Positions 41,835 through 52,844 are shown, counted from the stretch's first letter. The stretch: DNA of 64,000 bases from Octopus sinensis (GCF_006345805.1 NW_021836173.1:4162-68161); one strand, 5' to 3'. The notes: generated by a model not told the origin, from the letters alone. Translations and numbers: made by a program.

Positions 41835-42393
41835 GTGTTTTTTGTGTCTTTTTAGTGTCTTTGAAGAGTTTTTGTGTTTGTTTTGTGTGTTTTTGTGTCT
41901 GTTTTTTGTGACTTTTGAGTATTTTGATTTTTTTTACTATGTTTCTTGTGTGTATTTTGTGTGTTTTATTTGTGCTTTCAAGAGTGTTTTGTGTCTTTTA
42001 AGAGTCTTTAGTGCTTGTTTTGTGTGTAGTTTTTGTGTGTTTTGAGTGTGTTTTGAGTGTGTTTTGAGAGTGTCTTGTAAACACAAGACTTTTTGTGTTT
42101 TGTCTTTTTTATGCATCTTTTTTATGCATTTGAAAAGTCTTTTGTTTTTGTTTTATGTGAGTTTTGCTTGTTTTTTGTGCTTTTTGTGTTTTTTGTGCTT
42201 TTTGTGTTTTTTGGGTAATGCTTGTTTTTAGTGTGTTAGTTTTGCCTTATGGTGTTTTTTCTGTGTTTTTTGTGCTTTTTGTGTTTTGTGTGTTTTGTAT
42301 TTGTTTTGTCTGTGTTTTTTGTTTGTTTTGTGTGCTTTGCGTCTGTTTCGCGGGTGTTTTGTGCGTGAGGCGTGTTTTTTCGTTTGTTTTGTG
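41835..42393 (+). repeat. GT-rich low-complexity tract (T-rich, with TGTG and TTTTG motifs)
   Basis: Composition is almost only T and G. It is reverse-complement related to the CA-rich segments at 35470-35600 and 41640-41710. Confidence 0.85.
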
Positions 42394-42562
42394 TAGCATT
42401 AGTAGAATTAGTAGTAGTTCAAATAGTAGAAGTATTAGTAGTAGTAGTAGTCGAAGTAGTAGTACTAGTATTAGTAGTAGTAGTAGTAGTTATAGTAGTA
42501 GTAGTTATAGTAAGTATTATTATTAGTAGTAGTAGTAGTACAAATAGTAGTAGTATTAGTAG
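42394..42562 (+). repeat. Imperfect (TAG)n microsatellite
   Basis: TAGTAGTAG runs with TAT and TAA interruptions. Confidence 0.93.
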
Positions 42563-42565
42563 AAA

Positions 42566-42724
42566 ATGGTTAGGGTTACGTTTAGGGATAGGGTTAGTGT
42601 TCAGGGGTTGGGTTACCGATACTGTTGGAATTAGGGTTATGTTTAAGGTTAGGTTTTTGGGGTTTGGGATACAGTTAGGGTAAATTTTAGGGTTTTTGTT
42701 AGGGTTAGTGTTGGGGTTGGGTTT
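42566..42724 (+). repeat. Short, highly degenerate telomere-like (TTAGGG)n tract, G-rich on the + strand
   Basis: GGTTAGGGTTACGTTTAGGGATAGGGTTAGTG...TTAGGGTTAGTGTTGGGGTTGGGTTT, with several exact TTAGGG units among variants. Confidence 0.8.
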
Positions 42725-43164
42725 GAAAATAAACTTGCATTGATTTAAGAGTTCACTGAAATCAGAAAAGTTTTCAGAAAACAAAATTCTAAGTATTGCA
42801 AATAAGCAAGTAAATGTGAACAAAATTGCAAATTTAAATTTGTTTTTTCAGTGCACTCGTTACACATTTTTTAGATGTCATTTTTCTGACAAACACTTTG
42901 TTATTATCATTATAATTATTAATATTATTATCATTCTTACATATTTGCATTATTTTGATACATTTAGATTTCTATGAATGACTTTAGTGATTGTAATAAA
43001 ATATTTTATTACATACAATCTTATTATCGACCAGCTAATACATAGTTCCAAAACAACATTAAGTGAGTCAGAAAAGTGATGTCACAAATGTGTTAAATGT
43101 CCACTAAGAAGCAACAATTTCTCATTTGCAATTTTGTTGACTTTTTCATGCTTATTTGCAATAC

Positions 43165-43200
43165 TAGTAGTAGTAGTACAAATAGTAGTACTAGTAGAAT

Positions 43201-43235
<35 letters not shown>

Positions 43236-43356
43236 AAAATAGTAGTAGTAATATTAGTAGTAGTAGAAGTAGTTGTCATAGTAGACGTAATAATATTAGT
43301 AATAGTAGTAGTAGTATTAGTAATAGTAGTAGTAGTATTAGTAATAGTAGTAGTAG
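43165..43356 (+). repeat. Imperfect (TAG)n microsatellite, second copy
   Basis: TAGTAGTAG runs; the subsequence AGTACAAATAGTAGTA also occurs in the first tract. Confidence 0.93.
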
Positions 43357-43660
43357 TTGTGTTGTGTGGGTTGTGTGATTTCAGGTGTGTTTTGCATATT
43401 TCTTATGTCTTGTTTGTTTTGTTGCTGTTTTTTGTGTTTTGCGTTCCTGTTAGTTGTATTTTGTTTGTCTTCTGTGTATATTTTGTCTGTTTTGTGTGAG
43501 TTTAGTGTGTGCGTATTGTTTGTTTTGTAGTTTTTCGTGTTTTTTGTGCCTTTGGTGTGTGTTTTATTTGTTTTGTGTTTATTTTTGTTTTTTTTTATTG
43601 TGTGCATTTTGCGTGTGTTTTGTCGATGTTTTCTGTGTTTTATGTGAGTTTTGTGTGTGC
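43357..43660 (+). repeat. GT-rich low-complexity tract, second copy
   Basis: T/G-dominated sequence like 41835-42393. Confidence 0.8.
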
Positions 43661-43751
43661 ATTTGCAATACTTTTCTGAAAACTTTTTCTGATTTCAGTG
43701 AACTCTTACAATCAACGTAAGCTTATTTTCTATCAATTAACTTATATTTGA

Positions 43752-45360
43752 CACTAACTCAAACCCTAATGCTAACCATAAACCTAACCCCAACCTAACT
43801 CCAACCCTAACCCCAACCCTAACCTTAACCCTAACCCCAACACTAACCCTAACCCTAACCCTAAGCCAAACTCTAACCCCAACCCTAACCCTAACCCCTC
43901 ACCCTAAAACTAACCCTAACCTGACTCTAACCACTAGCCCTAACCGTAAACCTACTCCAAACGCTAACCCTAACCCTAACACTAACCTTAAAATTAATCA
44001 AACCCTAACCTAATCCTAACCCTAATTCTACCCCTAACCCTAACCCTAACCCTGACTCTAACCCCTGACCCTAGCCCTAAACTTAACCCTAACCCTAAAA
44101 CTAACTCTACACCTAACCCTAACCCTATCCCTTACACTAACTCTACAGCTAACCCTAACCCTAACCCTAACCCTAACCTCGACTCTAACCCCTAACCCTA
44201 ACCCTAACCCTAACCCTAACTCTACCCCTTACCCTGACTCTAATCCCTGACCGTAACCCTAACCCTATCCCTAACCCAAAACCCAACCCTAACCCTAACC
44301 CTAACCCTAACCTTAACCCTAACCATAACACAAACTCTACCCCTTACCCTAACCCTGAATCTAATCCCTGACCCTAGCCCTAACCGTAACCCTAATCCAA
44401 ACCATAACCCTAACCCCAACCCTTTCCTTAACCCTAACCCTAACCCTACCCTAACCCTAACCCTAACACTAACTCTACCCCTTACCCTAACCCTGACTCT
44501 AATCCCTGACCCTAGCCCTAACCGTAACCCTAATCCAAACCATAACCCTAACCCTAACTCTAACCCTAACACTAACCCTAACCCTAACCCTAATCCTAAT
44601 CCTAACGCTAACCCTAAACTTAACCCTACCCTAACCCTAACCCTAATCCCTGAACCTCGCCCTAACCCTAACCCTAACCTTAACCCTATCCCTAACCCTA
44701 ACCCTACACTTAACCCAAAACCAAACCCTGACCTTAACCCTAATTCTACCCCTTACCCTAACCCTGACTCTAATCCCTGACCCTAGCCCTAACCCTAACC
44801 CTACACTTAACCCACAACCTAACCCTAACCCTAAATCTACCCCTTACCCTAACCCTGACTCTAATCCCTTACCTTAGCCTAATCCAAACCATAACCCTAA
44901 CCCTAACCCTAATGCTAACCCTAACCCTAACCCTACACTTAACCCTAACCCTAACCCTAACACTAACTCTATCCCTTACCCTAACCCTGACCCTAGACCT
45001 TACCGTAACCCTAACCCTAACTCTAACCCTAACCCTACACTTAACCCTAACCCTAACTCTAACCCTAACCCTAACCCTAACTCTACCCCTTACCCTAACC
45101 CTAACCCTGACTCTAATTCCTTACCTTAGCCTAATCCAAACCATAACCCTAACCCTAATCCTACACTTAACCCTAACCCTAACCCTAACACTAACTCTAC
45201 CCCTTACCCTAGACCTTACCGTAACCCTAATCCAAACCATAACCCTATCCCTAACCCTACACTAACCCTAACCCTAACCCTTTCCCTAACCCTTACTCTA
45301 ACCCTAACCCTACCCTAACCCTAACACTAACCCTACCCCTATCCCTAACCCTAACCCTTA
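43752..45360 (-). repeat. Degenerate telomere-type array, (CCCTAA)n on + / (TTAGGG)n on -, ~1.6 kb
   Basis: CCCTAA is dominant, with many variants (CTCTAA, CACTAA, CCTTAA, CCCTGA, CCGTAA, CCATAA, CCCTAC, CCCCAA). TTAGGG is the canonical telomere repeat of many animals, including molluscs (established). Confidence 0.96.
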
Positions 45361-45438
45361 CAATAGGATTTATATTTTTTAATTTTTAAGTGAGATTTGA
45401 AATATTGTAAATGTGTCTTAAATTTGGCAGGTATAATG

Positions 45439-45487
45439 TATGGACGGAAGGGTATGGACGGAAGGGTATGGACCGAAGGGTATGGAC
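45439..45487. repeat. 14-bp minisatellite (TATGGACGGAAGGG) x3.5
   Basis: TATGGACGGAAGGG TATGGACGGAAGGG TATGGACCGAAGGG TATGGAC, read directly. Confidence 0.95.
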
Positions 45488-45508
45488 AGTGAAGTCGACT
45501 CAGAAGGA

Positions 45509-46827
45509 GTTATTGCCTGGAGGACTATGATAAATAGGAGGGGGGTGAGGACAGAACCTTGGTGGACCCCTACCTCTACCCTGAATTCTTTAGTATACTC
45601 GTTGCCAACCCTCACCTTACTGACAGCGTGTACATGGCTTGTACAGCTCTCACTAACCATTCATCTATCCCTAGTTTCCTCATTGATAAGGGATCGGGGG
45701 ACTCTATCAAAGGCTTTCTGCATGTCAACGAAAGCCAGGTACAGGGGCTTATCTTTGGCTAGATATTTCTCCTGCAGCTGTCTTACCAGGAATATAGCAT
45801 CAGTGGTGCTTTTCCCTGGCACTAAACCAAACTGCATCTCATCCAAGCTGACACTCACCCTAATCAGTTGGGCTATGACCCTCTCCGTAACCTTCATTAC
45901 CTAATCCAACAGCTTGATACCTCTGTAATTATTTGTATCTAAAAGCGTGACCTTTACCTTTGTAGCAATTGACTATTATGCTGCTACACCAGTCATTGGG
46001 TATGACTCCTTCATGTATCACCTGGTTAACTATATGGGTGACTAGACTATAGCCGACACTACCAGATATTTTAAGCATCTCTGCAGTAATTCCTGATGGG
46101 CCTGGGGCTTTCCCTGTCTTCATTCCACTAATTGCCTTAACTACTAAGGAACTGTCAACTCAGATAGCTGGTCCCTCTGTTGGGTCGACATTCGGCAGAC
46201 TCTTTTTATCCCATTCATTTTTTTTATTCAGCAACCTTTCATAGTGGTGTCTCCAAACCTCTCTCTTTGCAGCCTCATTCAGTGTTAATGAACCATCATC
46301 TATGCGAACACATTTCTCTCCTACAACATCACGATTCTTTCTCACACACTGTCTTGCAACACAGAATACCTCCAGCCTTTGGTCCTCACGGCGCAGAACA
46401 TTGGCAAATTTTTTCTTATCTGCTTCCCCTCTGGCTAAATAAACCTGTCTCCTAGCTTCTCTTTTGGCAGTCTGATACAATTCCCTGCTACCACCATTTT
46501 TCCAGTCCTTCCAAGCCTGTCTCTTTTCTCTAATAGCCCTGTCTACAACATTGTTCCACCACCACGTTATTTTGAGTCGAGAGGGTACTTTACACCATCC
46601 ACAGATCTGGTCCGTGGCAGGTTGTCCCTTAGAGACCTCCAGTAGTCTTCTACCCTATGTGAAGCTATATCTCCTACTACTTCGTCAACGGCTTCAAGTA
46701 ATATGTCCCTAAGTCTCTGTCCATTCGCAGGATCTTTAAGCTTCCAGATCCTTCTTCTCCATGTTGGTCGTCTCTTAGACCTGATCCTGAAGTCACTAAC
46801 TATTAGTCTATGTTGTGGGGTACATTC
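45509..46827 (-). mobile_element. RTE-type LINE fragment (endonuclease C-terminus to mid reverse transcriptase), frameshifted and truncated at both ends
   Basis: Minus-strand peptides QHRLIVSDFRI, GKAPGPSGITAEMLK, QFGLVPGKSTTDAIF, AFVDMQKAFDRVP and GVHQGSVLTPLLFIIVLQAIT. It is colinear with the copies at 58193+ and 63681+. Homology stops at ...CAGGCAATAAC, before the YADD motif. Confidence 0.95.
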
Positions 46828-48136
46828 AATGTTGTCTGTGATTGTAGAACTTGTAACACGTCAGTTAGTGGGAAAACCCAATGCAACCATGGACAAGGCA
46901 CCCTTAAAGCCCATTCTGGCTGTAAAAGAATCCTTTTCCAAGATTATTATTGATGTGGTTGGTCCATTGCCCAGAACAAAGGCAGGATATCACTACTTAT
47001 TAACTGTATTGGATCACCAGAGACAATTCCGTTGAAAGAAGTTTCTGCAACTACTGTAGCTGATGCTTTGGTGAAGCAGATCACAATCCCTTACTTTTCA
47101 TTAATAAAGTGAAAGGCACTAATCAGAGGATTCTGAGGTGGAGCTTGTACCTGCAACACAATTTAGTTTGAATATTTGTCATATTGCAGGAAATGCTAAT
47201 TTACTTGCACTATCCAGGTGTTAGCACTTACCATGTATATATTTTATGTACAAGTACATATTTGACTTCTACATTTTCTGGATGATATTTGTATCTTTTT
47301 GAAAATTGTTTATTGCGCATAAAAATTTTCCCTTTTAAGGGGAAAGGAATGTTAGGAAATATTAAATCCTAATGTTAAGTTAAACAGGTAAACAGTTTTT
47401 CATGCTGCACTGTCCATTGTCAAAATGGGGGAAGCTAGGTATTATTAGCCAAAACTGTGAAACTATAACATATTGGCTAGACCTTGGCAAACCTTTATAA
47501 GCAAAGATAATTATACCCCGCAGTTTTTCTGACAGTTTTTTCTGTGAGACAAAGTTGTTCAATTGGATTTTGGAAGCTGTGATTGTCTGCTTAGTTTACG
47601 CACTCTGTGCTTTGTGTTAGGTATTTAGGGATTTATTTTATGCTCCAGGAATTCGCCAGAACTGCCGTCAGATTTTAAAAATTTCTGTGTCACATCTGGG
47701 TCTAAGGTTCAAAAATTGAATTTGTACTAAAATGGAAGTCCAGATTTTATGAAATCTAAATGTTTGGAATCCATCTTTTTGAAAAAGCAAATTTGTATGG
47801 CCAGGGTTTGTGTGAGGCCAATTTTGGTGAAACCAAAAATTGTGAATCCAGAGTTACAGATCCAAGTTTGTGAAATCAAGTTGGTGAAGCCGCAATTCTG
47901 AGTCTGAATTTCTGAACTGTATTTATATGTTACCTTTGTAAATACTTTGACTGCATGTATTGTGTGGCATTGGTTTTTTGTTAATGTATATATTTGTTTT
48001 TGTATGTAGGCTGTTTTTTCCATGCTGACAATTGTTAATAATATTTTACAAAAAATTTCATGGTGTGTTGTTGTTTTGGGTTCATCCTATCTTTGTTGAT
48101 TCTGTAAATTCGGGTTATGGCCACCAGGTGGTAACA
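46828..48136 (+). mobile_element. 3' remnant of an internally deleted LTR retrotransposon (Ty3/Gypsy superfamily, Gmr1-like order): integrase N-part, RNase H C-terminus, PPT and 3' LTR
   Basis: Integrase CRTCNT-QLVGKPN..KAPLKPI..ESFSKIIIDVVGPLPRTKAG..YLLTV..PETIPLKEVSATTVADALVK. A deletion junction at 47076/47077 leads into DHNPLLF..NQRILRWSLYLQ..FSLNICHIAGNANLLA-LSRC*, with the stop at 47222-47224. Purine tract AAGGGGAAAGGAA lies at 47337-47349. Confidence 0.85.
47350..48136 (+). repeat. Candidate 3' LTR (~787 bp) with TGTTA...TAACA termini
   Basis: Begins TGTTA immediately after the polypurine tract; the inverted terminus TAACA ends at 48136. The right end is inferred from the terminal inverted motif only. 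Confidence 0.65.
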
Positions 48137-48650
48137 ATACAGACAGATATATGAATGTATGGAATTACAAACAGAACAGAAGACAATATCTGGAATTATT
48201 TTTCTCTTCTCAACAAGAAAAAAGGAACAACAAAATCTTTATGAAAAAGAAATATTTGAAAATTTAATACAGATGATTTTAAAAATGCATATATGTCTAT
48301 ATACATATATACATATTTATATACACACACACATAAATAATGTAAGATATTTACAATCTAAGAGGTCAGTTCAAGGTGATCCTGTTAATGATTACATCAT
48401 AGAGCACCTGTCATTCCCTCTGCCCAAATTAAGCCAAAATAGGTGTAGGTAAGTAGGTGTGTGTGTACCTGTGAGCATGTCTTAGCTGATTCAGTGAAAT
48501 ACAACACTAGAACAATCAATGGAGTCATGACTATAACTACATAAAATGTTCTTCAGACAAAGAAAACATTATTAGCTGTAGTCCTGGCTCCACTGAGTGA
48601 TATTTGGTCTGTAGCAAGACACTAAGAAATTGGAAGTCATTCAATACGTT

Positions 48651-48688
<38 letters not shown>

Positions 48689-48829
48689 TTTCAATTCTAG
48701 AGTGAATGGTATGTGCTTTGGCTCTCAAGAAATGTAAATTGCTTCATCTGTTATAGTTTTATACATAATATCTGTGTGTATATACAGGTGTATGTATGTG
48801 CACACACACACACACACACACACACAGGC

Positions 48830-48950
48830 ATGGCTATATGATTAAGAAATTTTATTTGCAACCACATGATTTTCGGATTCAATACCCCTGTGCAGCATGT
48901 TGGGCCAGCATCTTCTACTATAGCTTTGTGAGAGAAATTGATAGATGGAA
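48830..48950 (+). mobile_element. Degenerate tRNA-derived SINE fragment
   Basis: TGGCTATATGATTAAG...GGATTCAATACCCCTG...CTTCTACTATAGC resembles the fragments at 57240-57360 (+) and 61780-61885 (-), with A-box-like and B-box-like motifs. Confidence 0.5.
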
Positions 48951-49649
48951 TCTCTCTCTCTCTCTCTCTGTGTTTTTGTTTTAGTAATGTTTTTGCTTGA
49001 AAGACAAAAGCAGTGACATTATGCTGACAACTGCCAGTCAAGAAATCCTCCTTCAAAGACAAGCAGAATAAAAATCACTAACTTGAAAAAAGAGTCAGCA
49101 AGAGGAAGAGCAGCAGAGTGGAACGCTTCAATAAAAAGCGTTTGTCTAACCTATACTAAAGGGGGGGGGACCAAACATTAAATCTGCGAACAAATGTATA
49201 TATATGTTTGTTGAGTGTAGTTATATGTATGTATATGTGTATACAAATACATGTACTTGTGTGAGTCGCACACAAATATACATGTGTGTACATATATAAA
49301 CAGATAGATACTCATACAGGTAAATACATATATACAAATATATCTGTTTACATAATATATATATAGACGTACATGCACATATATACATTCATCCATACAT
49401 ATATACACATACATACATATTTATATATTATACGCATGCACACACACATTCATACACAAGAGAAATTTTTTTATTTTATTACCAATCACATAGAACTGCA
49501 TTAAACACTAGCAGTATGAAGCATGTGGCATCATATACACCTCTGATTACATGCACAGATACATACACGTGAAAATATTCAAATTCAAATATATGGTTTA
49601 AAAAAAAACCAAGTAAACATTTGTGACAATCAAAGAAAATTCTCTTTTA

Positions 49650-49716
49650 GCCACCACCACCACCGCCACCACCACCACCACCACCACAACCACCACCACC
49701 ACCACCACCACCACCA
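49650..49716. repeat. (ACC)n microsatellite
   Basis: CCACCACCACC run of about 22 units. Confidence 0.9.
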
Positions 49717-51255
49717 TAGAATCTCAAACTTTGACCTTCACAATCATCACATACGCAACAGCAGCAGCAGCAATAAATAACAGTAACACAATTGTCTTCA
49801 TTTGTTTTTTAAATCTAAGTGAAATATGACTTATTTGGTGGTCGTGGCAGGCTTTGATTCAAAGTTGAAGTCTCTTTTTTAAAACTAGGATTGTGATTTA
49901 AGGGAAATTTGGCTGCTATTTCAAGCAATAGAGCGTAATATCTAAAGACATACATTGTTTTGTCTCGTAGTGGTAGTGGTGGTCACTTTTTTTAAGACAA
50001 GTTGTGATTCAAGGGCAATTTGACTTCTATTTCTAACAAGCCAAAATGTAGCGTTGGGGAAGTATGTCCCCCTCCCACTCCCGTTGACTTATATAGTGTT
50101 GAAAGGTGGTGGTGGTGGTGACCAATTGAAAGGGACAGGTGAAGTGTTCTCAGTTTGTGGTTGGGTGATTGAGTGGATGGAGGGTGATGGAGGTGTGGAG
50201 CAAGAAGGAAACAAATGCATGGAGAAAGGGAGGGAGTAACAGGTTACTTTATGCTCCACCACCTCAGCCAGTCATCATTACCACCATCATTGTTAACATC
50301 AGTAATCCCTTATTCTCATCATCATCATCATCATCATCACCTGTATGAGCAAGCATAGGTGTACATTTTTCATCCTACTGTACCATCAACTGTTGTCATC
50401 AGAAACATCATCATCACTACCATCCAGCATCCTTAATACTCTATCCCCATCACCCCCACCCCATTATCAATCACCCATCATCACCATCTTTTATCCTTAA
50501 TACTGTTATCATCACAATCAACAACATTATTCTCACCTTCCCAACCACCACCACCACCATCAACAATGATAGTTAGTAGTAGTAGTTTTAGTTGTTGTTG
50601 TTGCTGTAATGGCTTTAGCCCAATGTCAGCTTTGATTGAGCATATCTATTCATGATTAAAGGTTATGGTCATCCCATTTATTAGTTTCCGGCTATAACCA
50701 TCCCATTTATTCATTTTCTAGGCACTATGTCCTGTGGACTGCATTATCCAATTTGTCTTTCACTTTTTTGCTGCTATTTCTAGCATGTCGGGTGATCACA
50801 TAGAGGCTCTCTTGTCACCAGGTGGCACTGGGAGGGATGGACACAGTGACAGCAGTGGTTGTGGTCATAGTGGTGGTGGTGGTTGCAGAGCCAGTAGCAG
50901 TCTAAACCTCCACCACTACTGCCACCATTATTTAAACTACTTCAACAATGATGGTCAGACAGTCAGTCATTCTAGTTATTGCTTAAACCCTAAGGTCCAA
51001 CCTATTCAAAGGTATTCCAGTCATGACCATCCCATTTTTTAAAATTCTAGGCATATTGTTTTTATCTTTTAGTTTACGGATGGTACAGTGTAATATTTAC
51101 AGGAGAAACAGGGAATTTCACTGTTATTTCTAGTAAGATGAGCAACCACATGGTCATTCCAGAATAACAGTTCTGTTGTTGATTCCATTCAGTAAGTGGA
51201 TCAATTCCTTTGGCCAGAGAATCAGTGTGTCAGTGCAGTGAATCGATTGATCAGC

Positions 51256-51408
51256 TTAATATGGTGTGATCTTGAAGGCACTTATGTCATTTGGTTTGAT
51301 GAAGAGGTGAGACTGAGAGAGAGAGGAGTTACTCTCATACAGCAAAGACAGAGATGTGCTGCGAATGTCCTTCAGTTTTATATCTTTGAATAAAGAGTTC
51401 AAGTCCAC
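51256..51408 (-). CDS. MAN2A1: Golgi alpha-mannosidase II (GH38), terminal coding exon (absent from the ORF track)
   Basis: Acceptor TTTTGTTACTAG|GTG; translates as VDLNSLFKDIKLKDIRSTSLSLLYESNSSLSQSHLFIKPNDISAFKITPY* (153 nt, phase 0, TAA at 51256-51258). It matches the MAN2A C-terminal pattern (TSLSL...P.EI..F). The symbol denotes the MAN2A1/MAN2A2 co-ortholog. Confidence 0.88.
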   Translation of the reverse strand: MDLNSLFKDIKLKDIRSTSLSLLYESNSSLSQSHLFIKPNDISAFKITPY

Positions 51409-51812
51409 CTAGTAACAAAAAAAAAAGAAACAAATTAACTAATTAGATAATTTCATTTAAAGACAGTTAAAAAAAAAGTAAAAAAATCATTCAATTAAAA
51501 ACGATGAGGGATATGCAAGTGAAAATTAACAAAATAATTTTTTTTTTACTTTCAGAGAGGGTAGGGCAGTAGCCATGTGTGTGTGTCTGTGAGCACCTGA
51601 GTGTGTGTTTTCTTCCTTTTTCCCCTGGGTGAGAGATAAAAGAAAGTTACTCTTGATCCAAAGACTGGATTTGAGGGAGAGCTAACTGATATTTCTAACA
51701 GATCAAGTAACGATACAGAGGCTCCGTTGTCTCTGTGTTGTTATAGTAACAGTGTTAGTAGGATGGTGGTGGTAGTGACAGGTGTTGCAAAAGGTAGCTA
51801 TAAGATTCTTAC

Positions 51813-52145
51813 CTTTCCATTTCCAATTGTGCAACTGAGTCCCAGGTTGGGGAAATCACAGTCAAATGAGAAGCGGTGCAAGATGAGTGCAGCACTGTTC
51901 TGTGGCACAAATTTTAGGCTGGGGTCATCATCCTTGTTCTGCAAAGTGCGTAGGTTCAACAGATGCACATCACATGTCAGACCACTGCTACTGCCATCAA
52001 GGGTAGAAGAGAAGGAAGGTAACAGCTGAAGATCAATATTACTACTGTCGGGATTCCTTGGTGACACATACAGTGGGTGGATGAGGTGCAATGAAGTGAG
52101 ATGGGCCAGCAATGAGAGAGGTTTTACTTGGTTCTTCATTTCAAG
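51813..52145 (-). CDS. MAN2A1: Golgi alpha-mannosidase II, penultimate exon
   Basis: Acceptor TTTTTGCAG|CTT and donor AAG|GTAAGA; 333 nt, phase 0-0. Peptide LEMKNQVKPLSLLAHLTSLHLIHP...LTCDVHLLNLRTLQ...AALILHRFSFDC...GNGK, with the CD(I/V)HL.NLRT and AALILHR motifs typical of MAN2A. Confidence 0.93.
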
Positions 52146-52844
52146 CTGCAAAAAATATATTTGGGGGAGATAGTTGATATAGTTTGTTAGAGCTTTATAA
52201 TTTCAAAGAAAAATTTTAACAATAATTAAAAAGGAATCTGATTTAACAAGTTACTATACTTTCAAAAGCTCTACTCCACTACTAATTAGGACATGTAAGT
52301 TGTGCCAAATTAACATCAACATAGAAGAATGTAATATTATAGAGATTTTAAACTCTTCATGACACATCATTTAACTCCCCCGCCCCCTAGTCATGCAATC
52401 CCAAAAATGGCAATGCACCGAAGTGAATAAAAAAAAAAGATTAACAATTCTCTTGTAATATTCTCTAATATTTAGGCTTAAAAACCAAACAAAAAAATGC
52501 AATTCTATGCACAAATTACTGTGGTTGAGAAGAATTGTACATAATGCATAAGAGGGAAGACAGTGCTGGCATAGGTAAGTAATGTCTATGGAAAATTTCA
52601 GTCATGCCAAAACTGTTGAGCAGTCCAAGTGATGGAATTTGTGAAAGGAAGAGACCATGGGAAGAAATGGTGAAAGCTTGGAGGAATGGGGAGACAAAAA
52701 TGGACAGAAAACTGAGGATGGTGATGGTAATGGTAGTAGTGGTAGGATGAATAATAGAAACATTTGGGGGTCTGTTTTACACCCATTGTAATGTGGCTCT
52801 ATTATAGACCATTTTGATAATGAATAAACAGCAACCTTATTATC

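Noticed and set aside
41842-43720. Poly-Ser/Val/Thr and Phe/Cys/Val-rich ORFs
   Set aside because: They are translations of (TAG)n and GT-rich low-complexity tracts.
44240-45265. ORFs 44240-44572 (GLGL/RVRV) and 44912-45265 (LTLT)
   Set aside because: They are reading frames of the telomere-type hexamer repeat.
43752-45360. A functional, current chromosome terminus
   Set aside because: The tract is highly degenerate, has recombination-type higher-order structure and has continuous sequence on both sides in this assembly. Only a misjoin would make it terminal.
45440-45904. 154-aa plus-strand ORF (also 46180-46455, 58177-58485 and 58567-58860)
   Set aside because: These are antisense shadows of RTE LINE coding sequence.
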